Source: Eledone cirrhosa (taxonomy: Eukaryota). Taken from it: 64,000 nt of DNA. This document shows, one piece after another, positions 51,179-64,000 of this stretch (positions within the stretch are counted from its first letter, which is position 1; every line of letters starts with the position of its first letter). Position numbers and translations under genes: made by a program. The notes under the pieces are model-generated. The model was not told the DNA's origin. It made no database searches and worked only from the letters and a program-made list of their open reading frames with translations. Location of the stretch: the NCBI GenBank assembly GCA_964016885.1, contig CAXHJY010000115.1, positions 22,947 to 86,946 of the forward strand. Reading direction: 5' to 3'.

Positions 51179-52099
51179 AAGCTATATTACTCAATCTCTT
51201 CATATTCTTGATTATTTTGAAAATTTAAAAACTATAGGCAGTGTCTTTCTTTAGAAATAATGATTTCTGATTTAGGCACAAGGCCAACAGTTTGAGGGGA
51301 GGGAAAAGTTGATTAAATCGACGCCAGTGTATTACTGGTGCTTTATTTTGTCGACCCCGTAAGGATGAAAGGTAAAGCTAACCTCGCTGGATTTGAACTC
51401 TGTCAAGCAACCCCCCCCTCTTTCATTAGAAATAAGGATAATAAAAGGGTTAAAGAAGAAACTTCATAATGTCATGAAGAACTGACAAACTTTATTGACA
51501 AACCCTGTAAGAAACCCCCTTTTTTTCACAAACCCGTAAAATATTTTAGTAAACCCAACCCTTTAGTTCTGTAAGAATCCAGACTGGAGAGAAGCACTGG
51601 CCTAGAACTTCATACGCAGTAAATAAACTGAAACCAATTTTAATGCAGTTGGAATTACTGACTCACATCCATGCGTGATTGTTTACAATTGGTAGCTTTG
51701 ATCATTGTTTAACTTCAGCCACTGCAAAACAAACAATCGATCATGTTTCAACTTGTTATATCTTCGCTTACACAGTCGATTGAATTATGACACTTACGTT
51801 TGCTGTGAGTAATGTATACCAACCGAGAGAACTTAGTGGGAGATCGTTCGACCTGCTAGAGACAGCAGTCAAATTTTCATCACATTGGAGCCTTTATTTC
51901 GGTCCCTTTGTTATCAACTCGCGCTAAACTGCTTCTGGTTCTATAAACAACACCATCCATTTTTCCTATTTAATAACAATTTTGATTTTGAGCATTAGTT
52001 TCAAGACTGCTGGAACGATCGTATTCTCGCGGAATTCCTCGATCTAGCGCGAACTATCATGTCTACACACACGCGCGCGGGCATATATCTCTATCTCTC

Positions 52100-53520
52100 T
52101 CTATATATAAAACGGAAGATGTCTGTCTGTGTGTGTGTATGATTTTTATACATTTCCACATTTCTCTACCGATTTTGATGATTTTTTTCCAATGTGCTCC
52201 AAATTTACCAACGATGGTCAACGCGTAATAAGCTTTGCCAAAAGTTTCCTGCTTCTATGAAAAAAATCGATAAAACTAAATACATGCTGTAACCCTCTCT
52301 CTTACACGCTTAATCACTCTCTCTACTAACAGCGACAAAACTTCGTTCAGGAACGCGACATAAACTTTGAAAACTAAGCACACATCATTTTATACAACAA
52401 CAAACATAGTCATAACGCTCTCTCCGTCGCTCTTCCCTCTCTCTATAATATATCATTCCCCCTCTCTATAATTTAACTGCTTTACTCTTTTCATGCTTTG
52501 AGGTTTAACACACCTCACTATAGTTTCTTAGCTTTACTCTCTCCGTCGCTCTTCTCTCTCTCTCTATAATAGATTATTCCCCCTCTCTAAAATTTAACTG
52601 CTTTATTCTCTCTGTCGCTCTTCACTCTCTATATGACAACACTGTTTTACACACCTCCCTATAGTTTCTCAGCTTTATTCTCTCCGTCGCTCTTTCCTCT
52701 CTCTCTCTATAATTTAACTGCTGGGGAAGTCATTGGAGTTCCGTATTGACATACGGCTTTTCTTAGGTATTTTAAAACGGCTTCTCGCAAATAACAACCC
52801 GCAAAATAACACTTCATATAACAGATTAATGCTATAGACATATGAATCGGAATGTTTAAATTATTTATTTTTTTACGACTTTCATTGGTTAAATATTAAT
52901 ATGACAACACCCATAGTGTTGTACTTCTGGCAATTCTGCCGAATACACTGCCAAGGATGAACCTTTTCCCCTCGGCGTCAGATATCCCGTTCGATTTCCG
53001 GCGATCCCAATTCCCGATGAAACCATGTTTTGCCATGTCCATTAACAAGTCACAGGGGCAAACATTGTCGGTGGCGGGCATCCATTTTGGGGAGCCATGC
53101 TTCTCCCATGGTCAACTTTATGTTGCCTGTTCCCGCGCAGGGAGCAGGAATGGACTTTTTGCTTACTCTCCTCAAGGGATGACACGCAATATCGTTTACA
53201 AAGAGGTGCTATAGATGTTGGTGCAGGTGTTGGAGCTATGCCGTCTGGAAAACTATTTCCTGGTAGAGTCACTCATGGCAGACAGATCTGACACCCAGCG
53301 GCATCAGGACCACCACCTTTGGTCTGCTAAATTCGCTATTGGAAGATTATTAACCCATCATTGACTGTCCAAAATGCTAATTGGTTCGTAACTATTAATA
53401 ACCGGTTCAACTGCTTTATGCACTTAATTGATAAGCTTATTCGCTTTCAAACCACGTTTACCTGTATGTAACTTTTCATAGCAAATGAACAAACCCGAGC
53501 AACGCCGGGCTAAACTGCTA

Positions 53521-53521
<1 letters not shown>
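52100..53521 (+). mobile_element. Non-autonomous Helitron with a PIF1-type helicase C-terminal remnant (52957-53214)
   Basis: 5' TCTATATATAAAACGG; 3' CCCGAGCAACGCCGGG hairpin + CTAG|T; peptide RRSQFPMKPCFAMSINKSQGQTL...FSHGQLYVACSR...TRNIVYKEVL. Confidence 0.92.
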
Positions 53522-53570
<49 letters not shown>

Positions 53571-53971
53571 ATATTTGGGGAGGGTCATATTTGCGTAATA
53601 TTGCCAGAATTAATAACAGAACACACTCACTGTTTGGTTGGTTTTCGCTTCTCGCTGTCTTTTATATATATATATCTGCGATCTAACTTACTCGGTCCTC
53701 AATGTTGCCATTGACTGACCGGCGGTCAAAAATAATACAGATACAATATAGACAACATAAACACACACTAGTCACCCAGCAGACACAACACTATACACAC
53801 TAGTCACACATCACACATAACACTATACACACACGCAAACGCATGCGCAAAGAAGACAAAATAAAATAAGATAAACAAACAAGCAAATAAATAAATAAAT
53901 ATATAGACAGACTGAACAAAAAAAATGGCGTAGACATACAACACAACAGGAGGAACAATGAATATAACACC

Positions 53972-54006
53972 ACTGACGATGTTGCAAATGTGCAACGAAA
54001 GATTTA
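53972..54006 (+). ncRNA. Hammerhead-like core in the pLTR (also about 58100-58135 on + and about 7095-7130 on -)
   Basis: CUGACGA-U-GUUGCA(AAUG)UGCAAC-GAAA; stems I and III are not convincingly paired. Confidence 0.45.
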
Positions 54007-54195
54007 TGTAAACTATATATATATGTGTTTGTCTATATTGTATCTGTATTATTTTTGACCGCCGGTCAGTCAATGGCAACATTGAGGACCGAGTAAGTTA
54101 GATCGCAGATATATATATATAAAAGACAGCGAGAAGCGAAAACCAACCAAACAGTGAGTGTGTTCTGTTATTAATTCTGGCAATATTACGCAAAT

Positions 54196-57100
54196 ATGAC
54201 CCTCCCCAAATATAACAATATCTGTTTCGACACACGATTTCATATAAAAAACCTCGCAAAACTAATTCATCGCCGCTATGGCATTAGCTTGTGCCAAGCT
54301 GAAAGGTTATTGAAAGACACTGTTTTCTGTTATATAAAAACTACAATAACAACAGAACAAATCCGCTTCTTAAAACACTGTGTTTCCTCCAAAACATACA
54401 CAACAAACATATCAAAACAAGTAAATAATTTATTATTGAACAAAACACAAGCTGAACGGCTAAAACACACAATAACAGTTAATATGAAAAGAACAACATA
54501 CACAAAAGTCAACGCACTCTACAGACAAAAACGCATCAACGGTAAGGAAATCCGAAATCTCATCACAGCAAACGAGAGAGATGACTTCATGAGCGTCATC
54601 CGACGCGAAACGAAATATGCTCAAAACGAATGCTGTAGGCATTTCAAGAAGAAATTAGAATGGATGAATAAGAAAAAACTACAAGAAAGGAAAATCGAAT
54701 ATTCTCAAAAATACCCAGATAACATCGACAACATCCGTATGAGTGATGTAAAACTACCGGAAGAATTTACCAATGACCACACAGTAAATATCTATGGGAA
54801 CACTTTAATCAGTGAACAAGAACAACAAATCCTAAAGTTACCACCAAAATTTGCCATCTACAAAAAGATTAATCCTATGGAATGCAAAACGGAGCTGGAA
54901 AAGTGTTTCACAAAAATACGTTGGAATGCAAAGGTAAACAACAACAACAATAATAACGGTAGTAGTAATATAAACAATAACTCTGGGTATAGAAATAACA
55001 GCCATAACCATAACAATGGCAGGAAAGTGAGAAATAGTGATAATGGTAATAATACTAGCGATAGACAGAACAACAACAACCACAATAATAATAATAATAG
55101 AAACGTTAACCACAGACACAGCAACAGTGACCACAGTAGTAATAACGGTAACAATACGAACAACAACAACAACAATAACCACAGTGGTAATAATGGAAAT
55201 AGTACATGTAGCAACATCAACAAAAACAAGAAACATAATAATAGTAACAACCACAATGGTAGAAATAGCAGTAACAACAACAACAATAACGGTGAAGTAA
55301 ACAACAATACATCTAGCAATCATAACAATAATAATATTAATGCTAAGGATAGAAACAACAACAACCACCATGATAACAATAATAGCAACACACACAACTA
55401 TGACGATAGAAATAACGACAACCCCTTAGAGAAACTATTTTTCAACCCAGCTGACAAAACATATAAGATGGGTAATATCTATCCTACGAGGTTACCCTTT
55501 AATAAAAGAGTTTGCATACCACAACAAATAGATGACGAGACGGAGGCACAGTTCACCATAGCTAGAAATAAGATTAGACAAGTAGTAGACAGGTACACTA
55601 TGAGACAGAGCAGACCAGAGGCCCAACAACTTGGGATAAAACCTGTAGAAGGCTTGGTTAGCCTCAAGCAGCGCACAAGGGATGGTGAGGTAGTGTGTCT
55701 ACCCACAGATAAGTCTGGTAGGATGTCAATAGATAGCATGCCGAACTACATCGAGGCAATGCAACCCCACATCACCAACACGAGCGAAGTTGCACAACTA
55801 ACACACGATGGGAGAGAAAAAATCCTCAACGCTCACATGATGATGGGGACTGACATCCTAAAGCCAAGCAGACGCACTGCCAACAACTTCCAGGCGTCTA
55901 ACAATGGCATACCACCCTTGTATGGGCTCCGCAAAGACCACAAGACTGTCGACGACCCGACAATAGGACCACCAACAAGACCTGTATGCGGAGCTAATAT
56001 AGCTAGCAACTACAGGATCTCCTACTTCCTCTCAATGGTTATACGCCCCATAATCAAGATGTCCCCAGATGTATGTGAAAGTACAGAGGACCTCCTCAGC
56101 AGAATCAGTGAGTGCAACAAAAACAGGAGCCTATCCAACTGCATAATAGGCAGCATGGATGTGGTGTCACTGTACCCATCCATTAACATTGATTTTGCTG
56201 TGAAAAGATGTGTGGAGATGATCATTGAGAGTGAGGTGGAGTTCTGCGACGTCGACACAGACGAACTGGGCCTCCTACTTAGACTTACCTACGACACTGA
56301 CTACCTAGACAGCCATGACCTTAGATGTTTCTGCCCTAGTAGACCTATAAGAGGTAGACCCCCCACCATAACCTCAATGGCTAAAAAGACTCCCATAGGA
56401 AGGTGGATTGGGTGGACCAAAGCTATACGGACCCCCCAAAACACTGATCAGGTAAGAAAAATGGTCGCACATGCAATAGGGGCTAGTATCAAAACTACCC
56501 TAAAGGGCCACATATTTAAGTTCAATGAGAAAATCTACACCCAAAATGAGGGAGCAGCCATCGGCGTCAGCATAGCTGGCGATGTTGCCAACCTTTTCAT
56601 GGTATGGTGGGAAAGGAGACTTAAAGATCTCCTTAATGAAAGCTCCATAGACCTCATCATGTACTCTCGTTATGTAGACGATATCAATATAGTTATAAGA
56701 ACACCCCCACTAGAGAGCACTAACAAGTTTGATTTAGAACGTAGCACGATGGAAAGCATCCAGCAGATAGCTATTTCCATACACCAGAGTATAACTGTAA
56801 CTATAGACTTCCCTTCCAAACACCCTAACAATAGACTACCTGTATTAGACACAGAACTCTGGATCAACACTATAGACGAGAGAGCCCAAATTCTCCACTC
56901 ACACTATGCTAAACCCATGGCCTCCAAATACCTGATACTCAAAAACTCAGCAATGTCCAGTAGTGCTAAGTTTAATATTCTGATCGCAGATTTGGTACGA
57001 GTGATGAAGAATGTGTCCAGCATGTGCGACCCAACAGAAATGGAAGGACACATCCAACACTTCATCAACCGCATGCAGTTCTCTGGCTACAACCAAAGAG

Positions 57101-57828
57101 ACAGAGTCAGAGTATACGAAGGAGCCATGGAAAAGTATAAGACCCTCATAGAACTGGACATGAAAGGAATTTGCCCACTATACAGGAGCAAATCATGGAA
57201 TAACTTAGATAGGGCTAGACATAAGATAGGGAAGGCCACATCATGGTACGACAACCAGAGATATCAGAGTGTCATGTTTGTGGACGCCACCCCTGGAGGG
57301 AAATTAGCTAACCAGTGTAGAAAGGCCCTGAGAAAGACCCACTTAAAAATAAAGGTGGTAGAAAAGCCAGGAACCACCATAAAATCCCTGATCAGCAAAA
57401 CCTACCCTTTTAAGAAAACCCACTGTACCAATAGGAAATGTATCATATGTAAGGTGAACCCCCGGATAAACTGTAAAACTAGAAACGTAGTCTATAGCAT
57501 AAGATGTACAGAGGGTACTTGCAGAAACACGACAACAACATACATAGGTGAGACAGCTCGTAGCATAGGTGAAAGGATAGACCAACACTGGGGGGAACTA
57601 AAAGGACGAAAAAACGGGTCAGTACTATACGAACATGCTAGACAACATCATGACGGTAACATAGACAACATAGAAATTAGAATAATATCTAAACATAGGA
57701 ATGACCCAGCAGATAGGCAAATCAGAGAGGCCAGTGAAATAGAAATTAGAAGACCAAAGCTAAACAGAAAGAATGAGTGGAACAACAACAACACCCAAAC
57801 AAACAACACTGACCTAAGAGAAGTATAA
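54196..57828 (+). CDS. Penelope-like polyprotein: RT + GIY-YIG endonuclease, with an Asn-rich insert, 1210 aa
   Basis: PTDKSG, PPLYGLRKDHK..PTRPVC, SMDVVSLYPSI, GAAIG, YSRYVDD, LPVLD; VVYSIRC..C..YIGET..RI..H..R..EA..I..LN; no stops. Confidence 0.95.
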   Translation: MTLPKYNNICFDTRFHIKNLAKLIHRRYGISLCQAERLLKDTVFCYIKTTITTEQIRFLKHCVSSKTYTTNISKQVNNLLLNKTQAERLKHTITVNMKRTTYTKVNALYRQKRINGKEIRNLITANERDDFMSVIRRETKYAQNECCRHFKKKLEWMNKKKLQERKIEYSQKYPDNIDNIRMSDVKLPEEFTNDHTVNIYGNTLISEQEQQILKLPPKFAIYKKINPMECKTELEKCFTKIRWNAKVNNNNNNNGSSNINNNSGYRNNSHNHNNGRKVRNSDNGNNTSDRQNNNNHNNNNNRNVNHRHSNSDHSSNNGNNTNNNNNNNHSGNNGNSTCSNINKNKKHNNSNNHNGRNSSNNNNNNGEVNNNTSSNHNNNNINAKDRNNNNHHDNNNSNTHNYDDRNNDNPLEKLFFNPADKTYKMGNIYPTRLPFNKRVCIPQQIDDETEAQFTIARNKIRQVVDRYTMRQSRPEAQQLGIKPVEGLVSLKQRTRDGEVVCLPTDKSGRMSIDSMPNYIEAMQPHITNTSEVAQLTHDGREKILNAHMMMGTDILKPSRRTANNFQASNNGIPPLYGLRKDHKTVDDPTIGPPTRPVCGANIASNYRISYFLSMVIRPIIKMSPDVCESTEDLLSRISECNKNRSLSNCIIGSMDVVSLYPSINIDFAVKRCVEMIIESEVEFCDVDTDELGLLLRLTYDTDYLDSHDLRCFCPSRPIRGRPPTITSMAKKTPIGRWIGWTKAIRTPQNTDQVRKMVAHAIGASIKTTLKGHIFKFNEKIYTQNEGAAIGVSIAGDVANLFMVWWERRLKDLLNESSIDLIMYSRYVDDINIVIRTPPLESTNKFDLERSTMESIQQIAISIHQSITVTIDFPSKHPNNRLPVLDTELWINTIDERAQILHSHYAKPMASKYLILKNSAMSSSAKFNILIADLVRVMKNVSSMCDPTEMEGHIQHFINRMQFSGYNQRDRVRVYEGAMEKYKTLIELDMKGICPLYRSKSWNNLDRARHKIGKATSWYDNQRYQSVMFVDATPGGKLANQCRKALRKTHLKIKVVEKPGTTIKSLISKTYPFKKTHCTNRKCIICKVNPRINCKTRNVVYSIRCTEGTCRNTTTTYIGETARSIGERIDQHWGELKGRKNGSVLYEHARQHHDGNIDNIEIRIISKHRNDPADRQIREASEIEIRRPKLNRKNEWNNNNTQTNNTDLREV

Positions 57829-58744
57829 ATAAATAAGTAAATTAAATTAAATAAAATAAGATAAATAAATACATACACAAGCACATAAACACACACTAGT
57901 CACCCAGCAGACACAACACTATACACACTAGTCACACATCACACATAACACTATACACACACGCAAACGCATGCGCAAAGAAGACAAAATAAAATAAGAT
58001 AAACAAACAAGCAAATAAATAAATAAATATATAGACAGACTGAACAAAAAAAATGGCGTAGACATACAACACAACAGGAGGAACAATGAATATAACACCA
58101 CTGACGATGTTGCAGATGTGCAACGAAAGATTTATGTAAACTATATATATATGTGTTTGTCTATATTGTATCTGTATTATTTTTGACCGCCGGTCAGTCA
58201 ATGGCAACATTGAGGACCGAGTAAGTTAGATCGCAGATATATATATATAAAAGACAGCGAGAAGCGAAAACCAACCAAACAGTGAGTGTGTTCTGTTATA
58301 TATTCTGGCAATATTACGCAAATATGACCCTCCCCAAATATAACAATATCTGTTTCGACACACGATTTCATATAAAAAACCTCGCAAAACTAATTCATCG
58401 CCGCTATATATATATATATAGTGAAGAAGTCAGAGGAGTTGATGCGAGAGGTGGAGACTGTTGATGAGTGTAGGGCTGACAATGAACGAGAGTACGACGA
58501 AGTATCTGGTAGAGAACATGAAGGAGCCAGAGAAAATGATGAATGTTAGGGGGAGGGGGTGTAGAGCTGGTTGAAGACTTCCTGTATTTGGGAGCAAAGA
58601 GGATGATGTAGAGAGAGAGAGTGGAGAGATAGGGACAGACTAACAGAGACAGATAGACAAAGACAGATAGAAAGAGAGAATGGTCAGAGACACAGAAGAG
58701 ATAGAGGCAACATAGATAGATAGATACATAGATAGATAGATATG

Positions 58745-61700
58745 TTTCTTTTATTTGCCACCAGGGCATCAAAAGTGGGACAAGTACAATGGGGGGAGTT
58801 TACAAAACAAGGCGTCCTCAATAAGGAGGCAATAACAAAATATAAAATAAAATAAAATAGAATAAAATATATAACAAAATCCTCAATAGAGAGGAGGCCT
58901 CTTGGGGGGTCGCACACCCCCCCCCGAAAAATGTGTGCAACCCTTTTCCTCAGGAGCACAGAGAAGGGGTGCTCCCTTGGTCTTTCATCTTCCTCACCTA
59001 TAGTCTGATGTAGAGTGAAGGCCCATTCACACGGGCCATTCTCGCCACTTTCACCCATCTTTCATAAAAACGGCTGGGGTGCAGCACCTCTCTCTCCATC
59101 CTGATCCTTCTTCCGAAATGATATCGGAAGAAACGGACCAGTTGTTTGCCAGAGAGAAAGGTGTCTGATCTCAGTCCTTTCAGACGCGTCCACCATACAA
59201 CCTCTTTCGCCATGGCTATTACGCACAGAAACACCGCCTCTCCTTCGTTTTTGAAGAGGGGAGGCGGCTTGATCGTTACAATAGACTCGGTGGTCAACCG
59301 GATCGGTCCCACCCTTGACAGCAGTTGTTCGACATAGCCCCACAGATCAGCAATGCCCGAGCAGTGTACCAATGCGTGTGCAACGGTTTCCTCGTCGCAC
59401 ACGCATCTGGGACAGATCTTTTTCGAGGGGTCCCTACCCGGGCGCCCGTGTCTGTAGAGCCTTTATCGAACGGGCAGAGCCCCTCTGTAGCACTGCCAGG
59501 CCAGGGACCTCTGGAAGTTATCCATGGGTCCCGGGCTGAATGTCCTACCGAACAGGTTGGCCAGTTCGTCTTCCTCCATGCCTAGGGCTTCTCCGAGGGC
59601 GTCGTCGCACCTGCTAACCACCAGCCCTCTATAGAATGATGAGGTGGATTCTCCACTGACAGTCGGGTCCGCCTGCCAGAGAGCCGTGAGCGCCTGGGCA
59701 CACTCGGTGTGCCAGGCGCCCAGTTTTCTCGGTCTTTACTTGACCCAGGATTGCAGCTCGGTGAGTGAGACGAGTCTGGGAAAGGCTCGCCTCACAAACG
59801 GGGCCCACACCGGTTGACCAGAGGGGAATACCTGGAGGTGCCGTAGCCTTAATGCGTGTTTACGTATCATTAGCCACGGCATTCCCAGCCCTCCTTTCGA
59901 AGGGTGTTGACAGCAGATGGATCTCCTCACCATAGGAGCCCGCTTCTTCCAAAGGAATTGGAAGAGTGCGCGCTCCATTTTGGCGAGCGTTTCCCTTGGG
60001 CAAGGCACAACGGTCAGGCGGTAGTAGATGACGGACGCTATATAAGTGTTCGCCTCCTCCGCCCGACCTTTCAGGGACAGTTTGCACTCGGCCCACTTCT
60101 GGGTCAGTGCAAACACCCTGTTCGTTACCTCACCCCAGTTCTTCTCCATCTGGAGAGCAACTTCACCGGGCCCTCCGTCCAGCGCCCGACGACGCCATCG
60201 GAGGGCATCGATCTGCCCCTCCACGTGCCGAGTTGCAGACTGATCGACTTGTCCCGGTTCAGCTTAGCCCCTGTAAACCTTTCGTACTCCTCCAGTAAGG
60301 TGCCGATCGCCCCGATTTCCGAGGCCGTAGACACCATTACTGTAACGTCGTCGGCGTAAGCCGACACCGCTTTCCGCAATCCCGGTTCCGACGGGATGCC
60401 CTGCAACAACTCCAACTTCCGCAGCAGTGGCTCTAGAGTCATTACATACAGAAGGGAGGAGAGAGGGCACCCCTGTCGGATGGACCGCGCGATTTCGAAC
60501 GGCTCCGAGAGGTAGCCGTTCACCTTGACCCTAGAGCAGATGCGGCTGCTGTGCATGGCATTGATCCAGCCCCTGAAAACGAGTCCGAAGCCTGCCGCCG
60601 CTAGCACCACATCCAGGTAACCATGGTTGACCCTATCGAATGCCTTAGATTGATCCAAGTTGATCAGGGCCCCACCAAAGCCGGGTTCGTTCCCAACCCT
60701 CTCTATGATGTATCGCATGAGGTGGAGGTTGTCGTGGATGGACCTGGACGGGATAGCACATGTCTGCGCATCTCCCACCAGGTTGCCCACGACAAGCGCC
60801 AACCTCTTTGCTAGCACCTTGGCCAAAATCTGTAACTCTGTATTTAGCAGAGTTATGGGCCTGAAATTATTTATATCGTCCCCCTTGTTCTCGTCCTTCC
60901 TCACTAGCGTGATTACGCCCTTGGTCACAGCACAGGGAATTCTCCCGTTCTGTTGCCAGTTGCAGTAGACCGCCTCGAGCAGATCGGGGAACAAGTCCGG
61001 CATAGCTAGATATAGTTCGTATGGAAGACCATCGAGACCCAGGGATTTGCGTTTGCCGCATTGGCTCAGCACGTCCTTTATCTCAGCGGATCTGCTCCCT
61101 CTTTTGGCTTCTGTCACGCGGGCCCAGCTAACAGCTTTGGTCCCCTCGTTTCCCAGAGCACGTATTTTGCTTCGGACGATGCAGCCTTCGTGTTTCGCGT
61201 CGAAGAACTGGCCCAGGGCCGTTCTCGACGCTAGCACTCTGGCCACGTCGCCGCTTCTAATTGCCTCTTCTACACTATCTACCAACTCCCTTTCCTTCCT
61301 GTTTCTATTAGAGGCTAACACCTTACTAAATTCTATAGAGACTACTCTAATCTCTCTTTTGAGAGATCCCCACCACCTGCTGTTTACGATGGCGCCCGTC
61401 AACCGCTCCTTAACTAAAGTGCTAATCCGGTCCCTGTAAGCCTTACTTGCCGGTAAGGACAAGTTGAGCTTCCAGTAACCGGGTCCCTGTCTATAAGTTC
61501 TGTCAAGGTTGACCATGCAGGTCACTAACTTCTGGTCTGAATAGCCAACCATGCGCATTTTTGGACAACTTAAAAAGTCCTTATCCTTAATTCTAACTAA
61601 GAACCTATCTAGGTACGACCTAGATGATCCGCTCTGATTTGCCCAAGTCGAGGTTGGCGCAGCCGGACAATCTAGTCGATATCTATCGGCCAGGTCAAAT

Positions 61701-61775
61701 CGACCGATTAAACCTTTGAGGCTATTGCACCCCTCTCTATCGGGTCAGGCCCCTACGTAGTCCCAGCGTGCATCT
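58745..61775 (-). mobile_element. 5'-truncated, frameshifted Tx1/L1-clade LINE inserted in (GATA)n
   Basis: APE end (YLDR..YSDQ, GYWKLN), RT (NFRPITLLN, LDQSKAFD, RQGCPLS, AYADD), GGLG, zinc-knuckle remnant EETVAHALVHC; AATAAA at the 3' end; ATAG repeats on both sides. Confidence 0.9.
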
Positions 61776-61833
61776 ATAGATAGATAGATAGAAAGATAAA
61801 CAGACAGAGAAAAAGACAAAGATATATATATAT

Positions 61834-62245
61834 AGGCAAAAGGGATATTTAATTTGTTGGTAATTCAACAAATATAAATGTTATTAAGGTATGTTTTATA
61901 TTATTGTTCTGCATCCTCCTGCATTGAACCACCTAGGTACTATGACATAACCTGTGTATTTGCTGGCATTAGCGTACATCTGTGCGCTTATGTTAGTAGA
62001 TATATTAAATTATCTATATTTATCTCCAAATCACTGATTTGTCGAGCAAACCTGCCAAAACCACTTCTAAATTTTTTGGGGGTGTTAGTAGGCGTCTGTC
62101 ATCTTACCATCCCATTCCTACTGACTAGCCTCTGTGTCACGTGATTGATTCTTTAGAGTCGGCCATATGACCAGTGGCAGTGAGAATTTTCAGTACCTGG
62201 AATCCAGTCCTCGATAGCTGTTCCATTTACCGAATTATTATTATT
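61834..62245. mobile_element. Diverged relative of the 41.1-42.0 kb cassette
   Basis: TTGTTCTGCATCC..GAACCAC..GGTACTA..; CTATATTTATCTCCAAAT; GTGTCACGTGATTGATTCTTTAGA shared. Confidence 0.7.
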
Positions 62246-62247
62246 AT

Positions 62248-64000
<1,753 letters not shown>

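Larger units (their letters stand above)
53566..58404 (+). mobile_element. Full-length Penelope-like element: inverted partial pLTR (53566-53755), 5' pLTR (from 53756), ORF, 3' pLTR (57829-58404)
   Basis: 53756-54276 is repeated almost exactly at 57883-58404; 53566-53755 is the reverse complement of about 54027-54219; (TA)n at both ends. Confidence 0.96.

Noticed and set aside
52957-53214. Host PIF1 helicase gene
   Set aside because: Lies between Helitron termini and is only the C-terminal remnant of RepHel
54086-54160. GTAAGT and GTGAGT donor-like sites in the pLTR (Penelope-type intron)
   Set aside because: No convincing acceptor identified; cannot be supported without transcripts
54838-55395. 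Hydrophobic antisense ORFs
   Set aside because: Shadow of the Asn-rich AAC/AAT tract

Overview
AT-rich, microsatellite-saturated animal genomic DNA. The SINE/LINE/Penelope repertoire and (TA)n density suggest a cephalopod, probably Octopus (inference). Two host genes can be read on the + strand: a 9-coding-exon stomatin-like protein 1 (SPFH + C-terminal SCP2 domain, 423 aa, 13993-26433) and a VWA5A-like gene with an intronless CDS (VIT + vWA, 31676-33823). The rest is mobile DNA: an apparently intact Penelope-like element (RT + GIY-YIG, 1210 aa, with direct and inverted pseudo-LTRs) plus a truncated sister copy, three RTE LINEs carrying a PHD-like finger and long target-site duplications, a Tx1/L1-clade LINE in a (GATA)n tract, an internally deleted mariner, two non-autonomous Helitrons, many tRNA-derived SINEs and MITEs. 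Most notable are (1) several hammerhead ribozymes, three with complete type I folds, mostly inside palindromic non-coding cassettes embedded in (TA)n tracts, with stem I covariation between related copies, and (2) a reconstructable staggered-break inversion at about 47.8-51.4 kb that splits both a Helitron and a TTAA MITE. All calls were made by eye, with no database searches.
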